A DNA stretch of 63,824 bases from Firmicutes bacterium UBA4881. GTDB lineage: Bacteria > Bacillota > DTU065. The notes under the pieces are model-generated. The model did not search any database. It was not told the origin of the DNA and saw only the letters and a program-made list of their open reading frames with translations. The translations under genes were made by a program, and so were the position numbers. Of this stretch, positions 51,120 through 63,601 are shown piece after piece. How positions within the stretch are numbered: position 1 is the stretch's first letter; every line of letters begins with the position of its first letter. Location: the NCBI GenBank assembly GCA_002399235.1, contig DHDH01000049.1, positions 1 through 63,824 of the forward strand, written 5' to 3'.

Positions 51120-51896
51120 TTAATCACCTTCAAAGTTCCAAAAAACAGTAGGTTGGCCGTTTAGAGGATTCGCTGTTACTAAACTCTTTACACCATAAGT
51201 TTGCTCTAAAATCTCAGCAGACAGTACTTCTTCCGGGTAACCGAGAAAAAGTTTGTCCTTTTCGCCCAATAATAGCAAGCGATCGCAAAGAGTAGCTGCC
51301 AAGGAGATATCATGTAATATTAATAGGTAAGAAAGTCGTTTTTCCTTCTTTATTTGCAAAAGAAGTTTACTTAAACCAGCAATATGCCGCATATCTAAAT
51401 GCGCTGTAGGTTCATCGAGAATCAGTAACTCAGGTTCTTGAGCTAAAGCTCGGGCTAGAGCTGTGCGAGCTAATTCACCACCTGAGATCTTATCTAGTGT
51501 GTTATCAGCTAAATTAGTTAACTCGGTAATCTCTAAAGCCTCGTTAACTACCTGGAAGTCTCTAGGGTTAACCTTTCTTGAACTATGAGGAAGTCTACCT
51601 AAAGCCACTGCTTCTTTCACTGTAAACCCAGTGGGAATCTCTTGTCTTTGTCCCATCACAGCGACCTTTTTTGCTATTTCATTACGATTGTATTTCTTTA
51701 AGTCCTTACCAAAAAACCGGACAGTTCCACTGTAAGGTAAAATACCAGTAATAGCACGTATTAAGGTAGTCTTCCCCACGCCATTAGGACCTAATACACC
51801 TAAACTCTCACCAGCACTCAGCTGGAAACTGAGTGCTTTTATAATTTCTTTTGAGCCATAACGAACACCTAACTTATCGACTTCTAATACGTTCAC
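51120..51896 (-). CDS. ABC transporter ATPase, BtuD/FhuC type
   Basis: GPNGVGKT, ISGGE, LDEPTAHLD and LHD motifs. Confidence 0.9.
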   Translation of the reverse strand: MNVLEVDKLGVRYGSKEIIKALSFQLSAGESLGVLGPNGVGKTTLIRAITGILPYSGTVRFFGKDLKKYNRNEIAKKVAVMGQRQEIPTGFTVKEAVALGRLPHSSRKVNPRDFQVVNEALEITELTNLADNTLDKISGGELARTALARALAQEPELLILDEPTAHLDMRHIAGLSKLLLQIKKEKRLSYLLILHDISLAATLCDRLLLLGEKDKLFLGYPEEVLSAEILEQTYGVKSLVTANPLNGQPTVFWNFEGD

Positions 51897-51914
51897 GAAG
51901 CTCCCCTCCAGGGA

Positions 51915-53306
51915 TTAATTTCCCGTATCAGATTGCACATTCCTCTTAACTAAATTGCGAGTTTTCCATCTACCAGAGTAATAATAGATTAAATTGAGGG
52001 CCAAACCAAAAACTGGCGAAATAGCAATAGCTAAAAAGATGCCCGTTGGTCCCAAGCCTAAGGTCTCCGATAGTACTTTAGCTAGTGGCAGTCTAATACC
52101 CCACAAAGAAAGTAAAGTAATGGCCATTGTAATTAGAGTATCCCCAGCACCACGGGAGATACCACCTGTTGAAAACATTAGAGAAAAGACTACATAACTT
52201 AAAGAGACAATCTTTAAGTAGGTACTCCCCATCTCTCTTACCTGCAAATCTGGGGTAAAAATACGTACCCAAAGATCGGGGAAGAAGAAAATTGCTATAG
52301 TAGCTATGGAAGCGATTAATATCGTCAAAATGTTAGAATAACGGAAGATCTCTTTGACTCGTTCTGGTTTCTCTGCACCTAAGTTTTGACCTACCAAAGC
52401 AGAGACAGCTAAAGAAACACTCATTGCAGGCATAAAAGCAAATTGGTCGATTCTGCCACCTAAACCATAAGCAGCTACTACAATTTCACCATGCTTATTC
52501 ACAAGACCAGATAAGAACAACATCGCCATAGATACTAAGGCCTGCTGGGCACCTGCTGGTGCACCAATAGCGATAAGTTGTTTCATAATCCGGCGATCAG
52601 GTCGCAGAAGTGATCTGTCCCACGTTGCCAATTTAGCTTTTCTGAAAAGGTAGACCATTCCTAAAACCGCTGATACACCCTGAGCTAGTACTGTGGCCCA
52701 AGCCACACCAGCTACGCCCATCTTAGGAATAGGACCAACACCTAAAATAAATAAGGGATCGAGAATTATATTAATGACAGTGGCAATAGCTAAAAAGTAC
52801 AGTGGTGTTAAAGAATCACCAAAACCCCTCATAATAGCTGACAAACCATTATAAAGGAAAGTGAGTACCAGACCACTTAGAAAGATTACTAAGTAGGTCC
52901 CTGCATCGGCCCATAGGGATTCGGGTAAATGTACTAGCTTAAAGATAGGTTTATAAAACAAGATACCTATTGCTGTAACAACAAGTGCTGAGACCGTCAT
53001 TAAAAAAAGTGATGTATTAATTGCTCGTTTTAAACCTTGCTCATCTTTAGCACCATAATACTGACTGACTAAAATTGTTGTAGCTATACCTACACCGATA
53101 ATCAGCGATACTAAAAAAAAGACTATGGGAAAGGAAGCACTAACAGCCGCTAAAGCTTCTGTTCCTAAAAAGCGCCCCACCCAGAAAGTATCTACTGTAT
53201 TATAAAGTGCTTGCAGGAAATTGCCAAAAAACATTGGCCAAGAAAAAGCGATTAAATGCTTAAGAATGCTACCCTCTGAAAAATCACGAGCACGATCTTT
53301 GTGCAA
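51915..53306 (-). CDS. MATE family efflux transporter
   Basis: Q.LYN.VD..WVG, RG.GDS.TP, NIILDP.FI and GQNLGA motifs; about 12 TM. Confidence 0.92.
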   Translation of the reverse strand: MHKDRARDFSEGSILKHLIAFSWPMFFGNFLQALYNTVDTFWVGRFLGTEALAAVSASFPIVFFLVSLIIGVGIATTILVSQYYGAKDEQGLKRAINTSLFLMTVSALVVTAIGILFYKPIFKLVHLPESLWADAGTYLVIFLSGLVLTFLYNGLSAIMRGFGDSLTPLYFLAIATVINIILDPLFILGVGPIPKMGVAGVAWATVLAQGVSAVLGMVYLFRKAKLATWDRSLLRPDRRIMKQLIAIGAPAGAQQALVSMAMLFLSGLVNKHGEIVVAAYGLGGRIDQFAFMPAMSVSLAVSALVGQNLGAEKPERVKEIFRYSNILTILIASIATIAIFFFPDLWVRIFTPDLQVREMGSTYLKIVSLSYVVFSLMFSTGGISRGAGDTLITMAITLLSLWGIRLPLAKVLSETLGLGPTGIFLAIAISPVFGLALNLIYYYSGRWKTRNLVKRNVQSDTGN

Positions 53307-53443
53307 GTATTTCACCTCTTTAAATTAACATTTTTTCCTTTTGCTATTTTTTACCTAAAGAACCTGAGTTAATCTAGGGTACAGGAATTTAACCATAGAT
53401 CCTAGAAATTATTAGCAAGACAAAAATAAAGGAGGCAATAGAC

Positions 53444-53851
53444 ATGGAATTAAAGGTAAGATGGGATGGAAAAAGACGTTTCATTGGCGAGTGTCCTTCT
53501 GGCCATGAACTAGTTTTAGATGGTAGTGAAGAAATAGGCGGCGAAAACTCTGGCCCTAGACCTACAGAAGCCTTATTAGCTGCTGTTTGTGGCTGTACCG
53601 GCATCGATGTAATCATGATCTTAGAGAAGATGCAACAACCTGTTAAGGCTTATCATATGGAAATTTCAGGTGAGAGAAATAACACCGAACCCCGTTATTT
53701 TACTTCAATCCAGATAAAATATGTTCTCGAAGGCGAGCTAGATGAGGCTAAAGTAGCTCGTGCTATTCAATTATCAGCCACTAAATATTGCGGTGTTATG
53801 CATTCTCTCAAAGCTGAGGTAACCACATCCTATGAAATTATCCGCAGCTAA
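53444..53851 (+). CDS. OsmC/YhfA family protein
   Basis: GPRP.E.LL..V.GCT.ID and KYC.V motifs. Confidence 0.9.
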   Translation: MELKVRWDGKRRFIGECPSGHELVLDGSEEIGGENSGPRPTEALLAAVCGCTGIDVIMILEKMQQPVKAYHMEISGERNNTEPRYFTSIQIKYVLEGELDEAKVARAIQLSATKYCGVMHSLKAEVTTSYEIIRS

Positions 53852-54046
53852 AATTTTCCTTATCTAAAGAACCACCTAAATTTGACATCCTTTATTATAC
53901 ACTAGCCCCTCGTCTCTGGGGTAAAGTTTTTGAGGACTACATTAAATAGTCCTCAATATCTTATACCCCAAAATCTTCATAACTAATAATTTCTGGCTAC
54001 AAAAATAATAAGCCTGCAGCCGAAACTGCAGGCTTCAAGATTCTTA

Positions 54047-55663
<1,617 letters not shown>

Positions 55664-55696
55664 TTACTATCCCTCCCAGAATAAATTATGGGTTAG

Positions 55697-55984
55697 TTAG
55701 TCTACAATAGCGAGAATATCTGACTCTTTGAGTACCAAGTACTCGACGTTATCGGCCTTGAACTGGGAACCAGCGTACTTGGCGTAGAGAACCTTATCGC
55801 CTACTTTAACATCCATAGCGATAACCTTGCCGTCCTCGGTGGTACGACCCTTACCTACAGCGACAATTTCGCCAGTCTGAGGTTTCTCTTTGGCGGTGTC
55901 TGGAAGCACAATACCCCCAATCACTACTTCTTCTTCTTGAAGTGGCTTGACAACAACTCTGTCTGCCAATGGTCTTATATTCAT
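55697..55984 (-). CDS. groES: co-chaperonin GroES
   Basis: [21 protein letters not shown] and ESDILA motifs. Confidence 0.98.
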   Translation of the reverse strand: MNIRPLADRVVVKPLQEEEVVIGGIVLPDTAKEKPQTGEIVAVGKGRTTEDGKVIAMDVKVGDKVLYAKYAGSQFKADNVEYLVLKESDILAIVD

Positions 55985-56017
55985 GAATCAACCCTCCTAG
56001 CTGGTTATGCGTATTTG

Positions 56018-56044
56018 TTAGCACTCGTCAGAGGTGAGTGCTAA
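56018..56044. promoter_or_regulatory. CIRCE element (HrcA operator)
   Basis: Perfect TTAGCACTC-N9-GAGTGCTAA; sigA-like TTGCTC-17 nt-TAAACT at 56086-56058. Confidence 0.96.
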
Positions 56045-56160
56045 TGATTTCATGATTAGTTTATGCTAAATAACGTCTCTGAGCAAACTTCATATTCAGG
56101 CAAAAACAGGCCTTTAGCCTGTTTTTTCCCCTTTATACCAATTTACGACACTTTTAATAG

Positions 56161-57726
56161 CTATCTCTTGCTAATCTTTCCCAAGACCTTGCGAGCCAAG
56201 CTTCTAGCTACATCCATTTCTTCAACTTTCAAAATATAAGCTGTAAGGAAATAGCTAATCGCTGCTATACCAATCACAGCAAAAAGTAAAAGAACACGTC
56301 TCATACCCGAGATAGCATAAGGAGCAACTAGCTGCCAACCAAATATTGCCACCAGAGCCATAACACCACTAGCTATAGTTATCTTCAATAGTGAAGATAA
56401 TATACTTCTCATGCCTAAGGGACCAGTTTTCTTACGTAAAAAGATTAAAGATATAATTGAACTAAAGATAGCTGCTATAGTAGTACCTAAAGCTAGACCA
56501 GCATGCCCCATGGGACCGACTAAAGAAAGGTTAGCAATAATATTAATAATAACAGCACCTGCTGAGATAAACATCGGTGTTAAAGTATCTTTCAAAGACC
56601 AGAAACCACGATTTATTACATCGCGCCAGCTAGCTACTAAAAGGCCTGCTGAATAGTAGAATAAAGCTATCGAAGTAGCAGCAGTAGCTTCAGAGGTAAA
56701 GGCACCTCTTTCATAGACAACTTGGGTGATTGGCGTCGCTAGAACCATAAGACCAATCATCATAGGCATCACTAAAAAAGACATCGTTCTTAAACTACTG
56801 TCAATACTTTCTTTAAAACGTTTTTTATCTTTCGTAACAGCAGCATGACTCATCGTAGGATAGATCGCTGTAACTACAGAAGATACCACAATGCCCAAAG
56901 GGAAACCATTTAGTCTCGAAGCATAGTTTAAAGCTGATATTGATCCCTCTGGTAGACCAGAGGCTAACATTCTATCTACCATGATATTAATCTCACCCAT
57001 AGCTGTTCCAATCAAGGTCGGTACCATAAGCTCTAGGATTAAAACCAGTTCAGGAGCTTTTAGATCTAGGTAAAAGTGATAACGGTAACCAGTCTTTCTT
57101 AGCGAAGGGATTAAGATTAATAGTTGTGAGCTTATACCAATAACTGTGGCAATGGCGAGGCCAAAGATGCCATAGATACTACCTAAAGAAAATATGCCAG
57201 CAATGATTAAAATATTATAAGGAAAACCTACTAAAGCGGGAGCTGTGAACTCCTGCAAGGCATTCAAAACACCAGAAATAACACCTGTAAGACCAAAAAC
57301 TATTATTACCGGTAACATAATTCTAGTAAGTTCGACAGCCAGATCAAAGGTTTCTCCCTCAAACCCTCTAGCAAAAAGATGTACAAGTGGAGCTGTAAAA
57401 ATTTCTCCTAATAAAATTAGGAGCAAACTAATAAGTAAAACTGTATTTATTACATTATTAGTTAAATCAAAAGCCCTTTGTTTGCCTTTATGGGTAGCTA
57501 CATCAGTAAAGACAGGAATAAAGACAGTACGAATAGCTGTAGCTATAGCCGCAAACAAAAGACCTGGTATTGACATGGCTAGGTTAAAAGCATCTGTTTG
57601 CCAGGAAGAACCAAATTTATAAGCAATGGCCATCTCTCTTGCAAAGCCAAGAACTTTACTTATCGCAGCGGTAACAGCAATAATACCCGTTGCTTTCATT
57701 ACTGTATTTTTGCTTGGACTCAACAT
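56161..57726 (-). CDS. murJ: lipid II flippase MurJ (MviN)
   Basis: SKVLGFARE, TDAF, FIPVF, L.YA.RL..FP.G and YERGAF motifs; terminator at 56102-56127. Confidence 0.92.
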   Translation of the reverse strand: MLSPSKNTVMKATGIIAVTAAISKVLGFAREMAIAYKFGSSWQTDAFNLAMSIPGLLFAAIATAIRTVFIPVFTDVATHKGKQRAFDLTNNVINTVLLISLLLILLGEIFTAPLVHLFARGFEGETFDLAVELTRIMLPVIIVFGLTGVISGVLNALQEFTAPALVGFPYNILIIAGIFSLGSIYGIFGLAIATVIGISSQLLILIPSLRKTGYRYHFYLDLKAPELVLILELMVPTLIGTAMGEINIMVDRMLASGLPEGSISALNYASRLNGFPLGIVVSSVVTAIYPTMSHAAVTKDKKRFKESIDSSLRTMSFLVMPMMIGLMVLATPITQVVYERGAFTSEATAATSIALFYYSAGLLVASWRDVINRGFWSLKDTLTPMFISAGAVIINIIANLSLVGPMGHAGLALGTTIAAIFSSIISLIFLRKKTGPLGMRSILSSLLKITIASGVMALVAIFGWQLVAPYAISGMRRVLLLFAVIGIAAISYFLTAYILKVEEMDVARSLARKVLGKISKR

Positions 57727-58114
57727 AGATCCCTTCTTTCATACATAAAAAATATATGTATATTCAACTTGTAAATTTCTACATATTACTACCATTCCCT
57801 CTATCTAAGGTAGTATAGATCACTTATTGAGAGTCTTTTCTCGGTAAAAGTAAGACAAGATTAGGTTATTTATCCTTTAAAAATGCTTTGGTTATATAAG
57901 GTCTCGAAATGAATCTAGCCATCTCCCTTAAGTAGTTTATTAAAACAAAGTCAGTTAATGCTAAAAGTTAATGATTTTATTGAGTTTATCATAATCTATC
58001 GCCTTAAGATAGTACGATCTATAGGCAATTATTTTGTTAACTCTTTTCTTAAGATAAACTCCCAAATGATACTAATGAAAAGGAAGGTTTTTAACAAACC
58101 TCCCTTTTCTTTTC

Positions 58115-59017
58115 TTACTTCTTTTTCTCGATTATAGGTTTATTAATAACTTTGCAGCCAGGTGGTACACTCTCGGTGATCCAGACATTACCACCGATAA
58201 CGGCTCCTTCACCAATAACTGTTTGACCACCTAAAATAGTTGCTCCAGCGTAGATAGTTACATTATCTTCAATTGTCGGGTGACGTTTGGCTCCTTTAAT
58301 GATGTTGCCATTATGATCTTTAGGAAAGCTTAACGCACCTAAGGTAACACCTTGATAGAGCTTGACATTAGTACCAATCTCAGTTGTCTCACCAATAACT
58401 ACACCAGTACCATGATCAATAAAGAACCCTTTACCTATCTTTGCCCCAGGATGGATATCAATGCCAGTTTTACTATGAGCGTATTCTGACATAATTCTCG
58501 CCAACAAATCGAGATCACGTTTTTGGAACTCATGTGCTAAGCGGTGGGTAAGGACCGCAAAAAAACCCGGATAAGAGAGAATAACCTCATCTTCGCTTCT
58601 AGCAGCTGGGTCTCCTTTATAAGCTGCTTTAACGTCTTCATCAAGAAGTTTCTTTATATTAGGTAACTCTTGCAAAATTTCTAAAGCTTTTTTCCTCGAC
58701 ACTTCCAGTTCTACGCAACTTTCCATATCGATACTGCATTCTGGTTTACACTTATTAGTAATCGAACTGTGTATAATCCTTGTAAGTCGCCAATAAAGTA
58801 CTCCCAGTCTCTCTAAATAGCAAACCTGATCTTTATTATCTTCTGTGGTAGAAAAATAATTTGGATATAAAATAGCTTGCACTTCTTTTAAGATTGCCAC
58901 TACAGCATCGGGATTAGGTAGTAAATTGCGAGGTTCTATCTGACGATTACATAATTTTGCCAATTCGGCTACCAAGCCGATAAGGACTTGTTCTTCTTGC
59001 ATATTGTTTTGTGGCAT
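58115..59017 (-). CDS. cysE: serine O-acetyltransferase (long EpsC-type)
   Basis: [28 protein letters not shown] and KRHPT motifs. Confidence 0.93.
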   Translation of the reverse strand: MPQNNMQEEQVLIGLVAELAKLCNRQIEPRNLLPNPDAVVAILKEVQAILYPNYFSTTEDNKDQVCYLERLGVLYWRLTRIIHSSITNKCKPECSIDMESCVELEVSRKKALEILQELPNIKKLLDEDVKAAYKGDPAARSEDEVILSYPGFFAVLTHRLAHEFQKRDLDLLARIMSEYAHSKTGIDIHPGAKIGKGFFIDHGTGVVIGETTEIGTNVKLYQGVTLGALSFPKDHNGNIIKGAKRHPTIEDNVTIYAGATILGGQTVIGEGAVIGGNVWITESVPPGCKVINKPIIEKKK

Positions 59018-59057
59018 TAGCTCGCCACACCCTCCTTTCTACTTAAGAGGTGATATA

Positions 59058-61736
59058 TCATTTACCCATTTTTTCGCGGAAAAAACGTGTTGAAATCCGA
59101 ATTGAGCTATAACCTGGACCATTACCATATAGCTCTTTAGCATAGATAACCGCTAACGAAAAAGGTGTGTTAGCTAAATTAAATCCTAAATCGAGTTCTC
59201 CACCGATATAAGTTCTTAAATGAGCTAATGGGTTCTCCTCATTATACCAGGCCGCCCCCGAAGTAAGAAACAACTTACCTTCTGCATCTTCCCAGAAGAT
59301 CGGTCCCACTCTGGCCAAATCACGGCCTAATGCAATCGGGAAAAGTGCATCAATGGCAATTGTAACAGCATAGTCACCACTTTGTTCTGTGGCCACATTA
59401 AATAAAGTAGTAGCTGGATAATACGGTTCTAAAAAACTAGTTTGGACATTAAAAGCAGTTCGCCAAACTCCATAGGCAAAACTTGGACTAAGTAGTAAAC
59501 CGCCAAAAGTTAGTTTACTACCACCTTGAGAAAAGTCCAAGGAAGCTGTTAGTTCGCTCCCATGCCTTATTAGATCATCATAGCGAAGATTGTATTGCAA
59601 GTTATAATCATTCTTCTTGGGTAGATACTCCCAGCTTATAGCATGGCGATATTTAGGTAGCAAATGAAGAGCTGTATAGCCAATATCTTGATATTCTAGA
59701 ACCTCATGCTGATAAGTTATCCAGAACTTTTCGGGGTTTAGCCCTGGTGATAGTATTCCTGCATCCAATTTTCCTCGAGAAAACTCCTGCCAATAACCTA
59801 AAGAAGTATTAAATAGGCCGGCCAAAAGATCCAAGCTATATGACCATCCATTATAGAAACGGTTATTAAAATATAGCGCTGTATTTACTTCAAAACCATC
59901 CCACGTAGGGTCGTATTTTATCTCTGGCGCTAAACTATAAGTGGTACTGTCTAATATATGTTTCGTTTCATAAGAAAAACCAGTTTTTCTCGGGTAGGTA
60001 TTATTAATTCTTTCAACATCTAAAAGCATACACCAAGGATCAATTGTAACACGTTTTAAAGGTATAGATGAACTAATTTTTATAGTTTCTTCGCCAAGAA
60101 TCCAATGAGTTGTCTCTTGAGAACCATCCGTAAACTCCCATAAAACTTCGATAGGCCAGTTCGTCTTCTTTTGCGACTTAACTGTAGCTTCTAGCTCGAA
60201 ACCTTGGGTAGTTTTTTGCTGTTTGACATTGGTAATAGAAAGATCGTCATAAAATTGTTCAAAAACCAACCTCTGCCAAATATCAGCCAATTCTCTCTTT
60301 GCCACGTTTTCTGCTAGAGCTAGGAAGCTGGTATTATCAATTAATTTTCCCGCTCTACTCGTTCTAACAATCTCTTCTAAAAGAGTAGTCATAGTCTCCC
60401 TACCTAGGAAACTCGCAAATGTCTGTAGCGTTAGAAAACCGCGGGTTTTGATGCGAATATCATATACCTGTGGATTTTTTAGGGCCTTGTATTCTCTACC
60501 TAGAGGTTCATCAAAGTTTTTGAAAAAGACCTGGCTTAAAAACTCCTGCTCCAAATTTTCCTGGTAATTTAGACTTTTATTCTTTTGGGCATAACTAAAA
60601 CTCAATCTATCAATCAACCTAGGCACTTGATCTAGATTATGATAAGAAAAATATTCATTAGCGATATAATTGCATAAAGCTTCCTCTAACCAAAGAGATT
60701 CTGTCGATGTTAAAGGTTGGGGCAAAGAAAACCAAGATCTTGCTACTTCTTTAGCAATTAAACCCTTTAATAATCCATCTGAAGCACCAGGTCCGCCAGC
60801 ATTATAGTAGCGATAAAAACTAATAGGTAAGCAGATCAAACCTTCGGCTGAATAAGGTTCGCTAAGAGAAGAACCTTCAACAATTGTTAATCTTTTTTTC
60901 TCAAAAGAGCCGTACTTTGGTTCATAATGCTCTAAAATGTTAGCTGCTGATTTAGCTGCAAAAACCGCTTCCTGCTCATGACCTGGCAGATAATAAGTGT
61001 ATATAGATTTATGACCGTAGCTCTCTTCTTTAACATATAATCCAGCCCCAGCCACAAGAGGTAGACTATAAGCTGGGTAATCGTTTTTTAAGTATACTTT
61101 TTTATATATGCCACCTTCGGAAAGTTCTTTTTGGCTATCGGCACCACTAGCTACAACAACACTTGCAGGAACCAATAACTCAGCTGTGTAAAGCGCTCGC
61201 CAAACTGACTGAGTAACTGGATTTAAGAGGACAGGGTGCCAGCCACTAGTCCAATAATGAATATCTGCATTCCAGCCTTTGTCGCCTCTTTTTTGAGGTG
61301 TAGCTGTAACAAACTCCATCTCGACTGTTACCCTTTGATTAGGTTCTACTTCGTTTACAGGAACTTTCAATATAGCGGAGTGGAGCGAATACTTCCTAAT
61401 TGTCGGTTCAATTGGTTCGTACAGTACCGGTACTTCCTGGCCATTTACCTTCACTCCGACAACATAGCTATTGCTACCGGCAAAGTTTTTTAGATGTCCT
61501 TTAGCTCTCCAAACTTGGCTTATGTAGGGATTAGGTTCAGTATCTAGGTTTGCTGGTAAGAAAAAACTTAGTTCGTGAAGAGCTTGAGAAGAATCGTTGA
61601 TAACCTCAAGGTGTAGATTGCCAGCAATGCTATGTGTATCAGGATCTAACCAGCCTTTAATGTTATAACTAGGGAAAGCTGCTAAAGAAGAGAATTTAAA
61701 TATTAATACAATCATTATGACAAGATATCTCTTCAT
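59058..61736 (-). CDS. exported M1/gluzincin-fold protein with degenerate zinc motif and C-terminal beta-barrel-like domain
   Basis: Signal peptide; M1-like N-domain (LDP..H.I.G, WHPVL); IAKEVARSWF..WLEEAL in place of IAHE.AH.W..WL.EG; aromatic alternating strands in the last ~300 aa. Confidence 0.7.
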   Translation of the reverse strand: MKRYLVIMIVLIFKFSSLAAFPSYNIKGWLDPDTHSIAGNLHLEVINDSSQALHELSFFLPANLDTEPNPYISQVWRAKGHLKNFAGSNSYVVGVKVNGQEVPVLYEPIEPTIRKYSLHSAILKVPVNEVEPNQRVTVEMEFVTATPQKRGDKGWNADIHYWTSGWHPVLLNPVTQSVWRALYTAELLVPASVVVASGADSQKELSEGGIYKKVYLKNDYPAYSLPLVAGAGLYVKEESYGHKSIYTYYLPGHEQEAVFAAKSAANILEHYEPKYGSFEKKRLTIVEGSSLSEPYSAEGLICLPISFYRYYNAGGPGASDGLLKGLIAKEVARSWFSLPQPLTSTESLWLEEALCNYIANEYFSYHNLDQVPRLIDRLSFSYAQKNKSLNYQENLEQEFLSQVFFKNFDEPLGREYKALKNPQVYDIRIKTRGFLTLQTFASFLGRETMTTLLEEIVRTSRAGKLIDNTSFLALAENVAKRELADIWQRLVFEQFYDDLSITNVKQQKTTQGFELEATVKSQKKTNWPIEVLWEFTDGSQETTHWILGEETIKISSSIPLKRVTIDPWCMLLDVERINNTYPRKTGFSYETKHILDSTTYSLAPEIKYDPTWDGFEVNTALYFNNRFYNGWSYSLDLLAGLFNTSLGYWQEFSRGKLDAGILSPGLNPEKFWITYQHEVLEYQDIGYTALHLLPKYRHAISWEYLPKKNDYNLQYNLRYDDLIRHGSELTASLDFSQGGSKLTFGGLLLSPSFAYGVWRTAFNVQTSFLEPYYPATTLFNVATEQSGDYAVTIAIDALFPIALGRDLARVGPIFWEDAEGKLFLTSGAAWYNEENPLAHLRTYIGGELDLGFNLANTPFSLAVIYAKELYGNGPGYSSIRISTRFFREKMGK

Positions 61737-61906
61737 AAGATCTACCCCAATCTACATTATTAGAGAAAGAAGCCTCAGCGAGGCTTCTTACAATACAGTT
61801 TGGTAAAGAATAGCTGCACTTAAACTTGTTACAACAAAAGCTAATCTGTAAGGGGTTAGCTTCATATAACTAGCTAACAGATAATGTTCTACCTTAGTAT
61901 GGGTTA

Positions 61907-62623
61907 TTAACGTTCCAGAACTAAATGACCACCTATAAAGAAAGGAACTGTATCACAAGAGTTAACATTAGCGGCATATTCCAAATCTTCTTTAAAGCCT
62001 AGACTTAAAAGATGTTGTCCATGCTCACTAGCAGTAAAAACATCCAGAGGTGAAGCATAACTGGCTGCAATCATGCGTGTCGCTTTAGCACTATCTGTTT
62101 CTTCAATACTTATTAATCTTCCTATGGTTGCACAAAGTGTACCAGCACATGCTGCATCTTCTAAGGAGAAACTGCCTTGTCTGCCTGCGCAGATAATTAG
62201 TGTATCATTACCTAGTTCAACTACTTTTTTAGCAGTTGCTGCTAGGTTAATATAGGCACTTATTAGTAGTGTTTCAGCACCATTAGCTGATCTGATAGCT
62301 TTAGTACCATTCGTTGTCGTAAAAACAATTGTTTTACCGTTCACAACATCATTGGTGTACTCTAGTGGTGAATTGCCAAGATCAAAGCCTTGAATCTTGA
62401 GGCCTCCTCTTTCACCACCAAGTAAAACATCCTCAGAATCATATCTGGTTTTAAGTCCTACAGCCTCATCTGGAGAGAGTACCGGAACAATATTACGAGC
62501 ACCAAACTCTAAAGCTGTAATAATTGTACTTGAAGCTCTTAGGACATCGATTACAACAATAGTCTTGTTTTTATATCCCCAAACTTCTGTAGAAGTGGGT
62601 ACTAGATTTACATCAATTTTCAT
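61907..62623 (-). CDS. comB: 2-phosphosulfolactate phosphatase family protein
   Basis: VIDVLRASS, GGER.G, GNSP, TTTNGT and SLED motifs. Confidence 0.92.
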   Translation of the reverse strand: MKIDVNLVPTSTEVWGYKNKTIVVIDVLRASSTIITALEFGARNIVPVLSPDEAVGLKTRYDSEDVLLGGERGGLKIQGFDLGNSPLEYTNDVVNGKTIVFTTTNGTKAIRSANGAETLLISAYINLAATAKKVVELGNDTLIICAGRQGSFSLEDAACAGTLCATIGRLISIEETDSAKATRMIAASYASPLDVFTASEHGQHLLSLGFKEDLEYAANVNSCDTVPFFIGGHLVLER

Positions 62624-62638
62624 AATCCACATTACCAC

Positions 62639-63601
62639 CTAAAGAATATTTACTGCATGTGGCGGTTTCTTTCCTTTTAAGGCAATTAGAACATTTTCCG
62701 CAACCATTTGCGCCATCTTAGCCCTAGTCTCTTCTGTTCCACTACCTACATGTGGTGCCATAACTACATTGGAAAGAGTTAAGAGTCCAGGATGAATTTC
62801 CGGTTCTTTTTCAAAGACATCTAATCCCGCAGCTTTAATTTGACCTTCTTTTAAGGCAACTACTAGTGCTTCTTCATCGATAACGGGACCACGTGCTGTA
62901 TTAATTAATATAGCATTTTTCTTCATCAACGAAAATTCCCTTTTACTTATCAGATGGTTGGTTTCTGGGGTTAATGCTACGTTTAGAGAAATAAAATCGC
63001 TCTCCTTTAAAAGTTCCTCTAAAGTTCGATACTCTAACCCCCAACGCTTTTCTGCAGCTGGCTTTCTTTCTCTTGACCAATAGATAATCTTCATATCAAA
63101 GCCGCTGGCTCTTTTGGCTACAGCTTCGCCAATGCGACCGAGACCGATTACACCTAATGTTTTCCCATAAACTTCTGCTCCTAATAATAGATCAGGAGCC
63201 CAACCTGTAAAGCGTCCTTCTCGTACCATTTTATCGCCTTCGACAACTCTTCTAGCGGCAGCGAATAGCAAAGCCCAAGCTAAATCAGCAGTTGCTTCTG
63301 TTAAAACATCAGGGGTGTTAGTTACATATATACCCATTTTTGTAGCTAAGTCCACATCAATATTGTTATACCCTACTGCATAGTTACTAATAACCTTCAG
63401 CTGGGGTGCTTTCTCCAATACTTCTCGATCTATCTTCTCACTAAGTAAACAAATTAGTGCATCGGCTTCGGGAATCAACTGCAACAGTTCTTCGCGAGAT
63501 AGGTCGGTGCTTGGCGGTTGGATTAGCAAATCACATTCATTATGGATTATTTCAATACCTTGGCCTGGTAAATTGCGGGTAATAAGTACTTTTTTTCGCA
63601 T
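62639..63601 (-). CDS. D-2-hydroxyacid dehydrogenase (glyoxylate/hydroxypyruvate reductase-like)
   Basis: AVGYNNID, NTPDVL, GLGRIG, INTARG, LDVFE.EP and PHVGS motifs. Confidence 0.92.
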   Translation of the reverse strand: MRKKVLITRNLPGQGIEIIHNECDLLIQPPSTDLSREELLQLIPEADALICLLSEKIDREVLEKAPQLKVISNYAVGYNNIDVDLATKMGIYVTNTPDVLTEATADLAWALLFAAARRVVEGDKMVREGRFTGWAPDLLLGAEVYGKTLGVIGLGRIGEAVAKRASGFDMKIIYWSRERKPAAEKRWGLEYRTLEELLKESDFISLNVALTPETNHLISKREFSLMKKNAILINTARGPVIDEEALVVALKEGQIKAAGLDVFEKEPEIHPGLLTLSNVVMAPHVGSGTEETRAKMAQMVAENVLIALKGKKPPHAVNIL

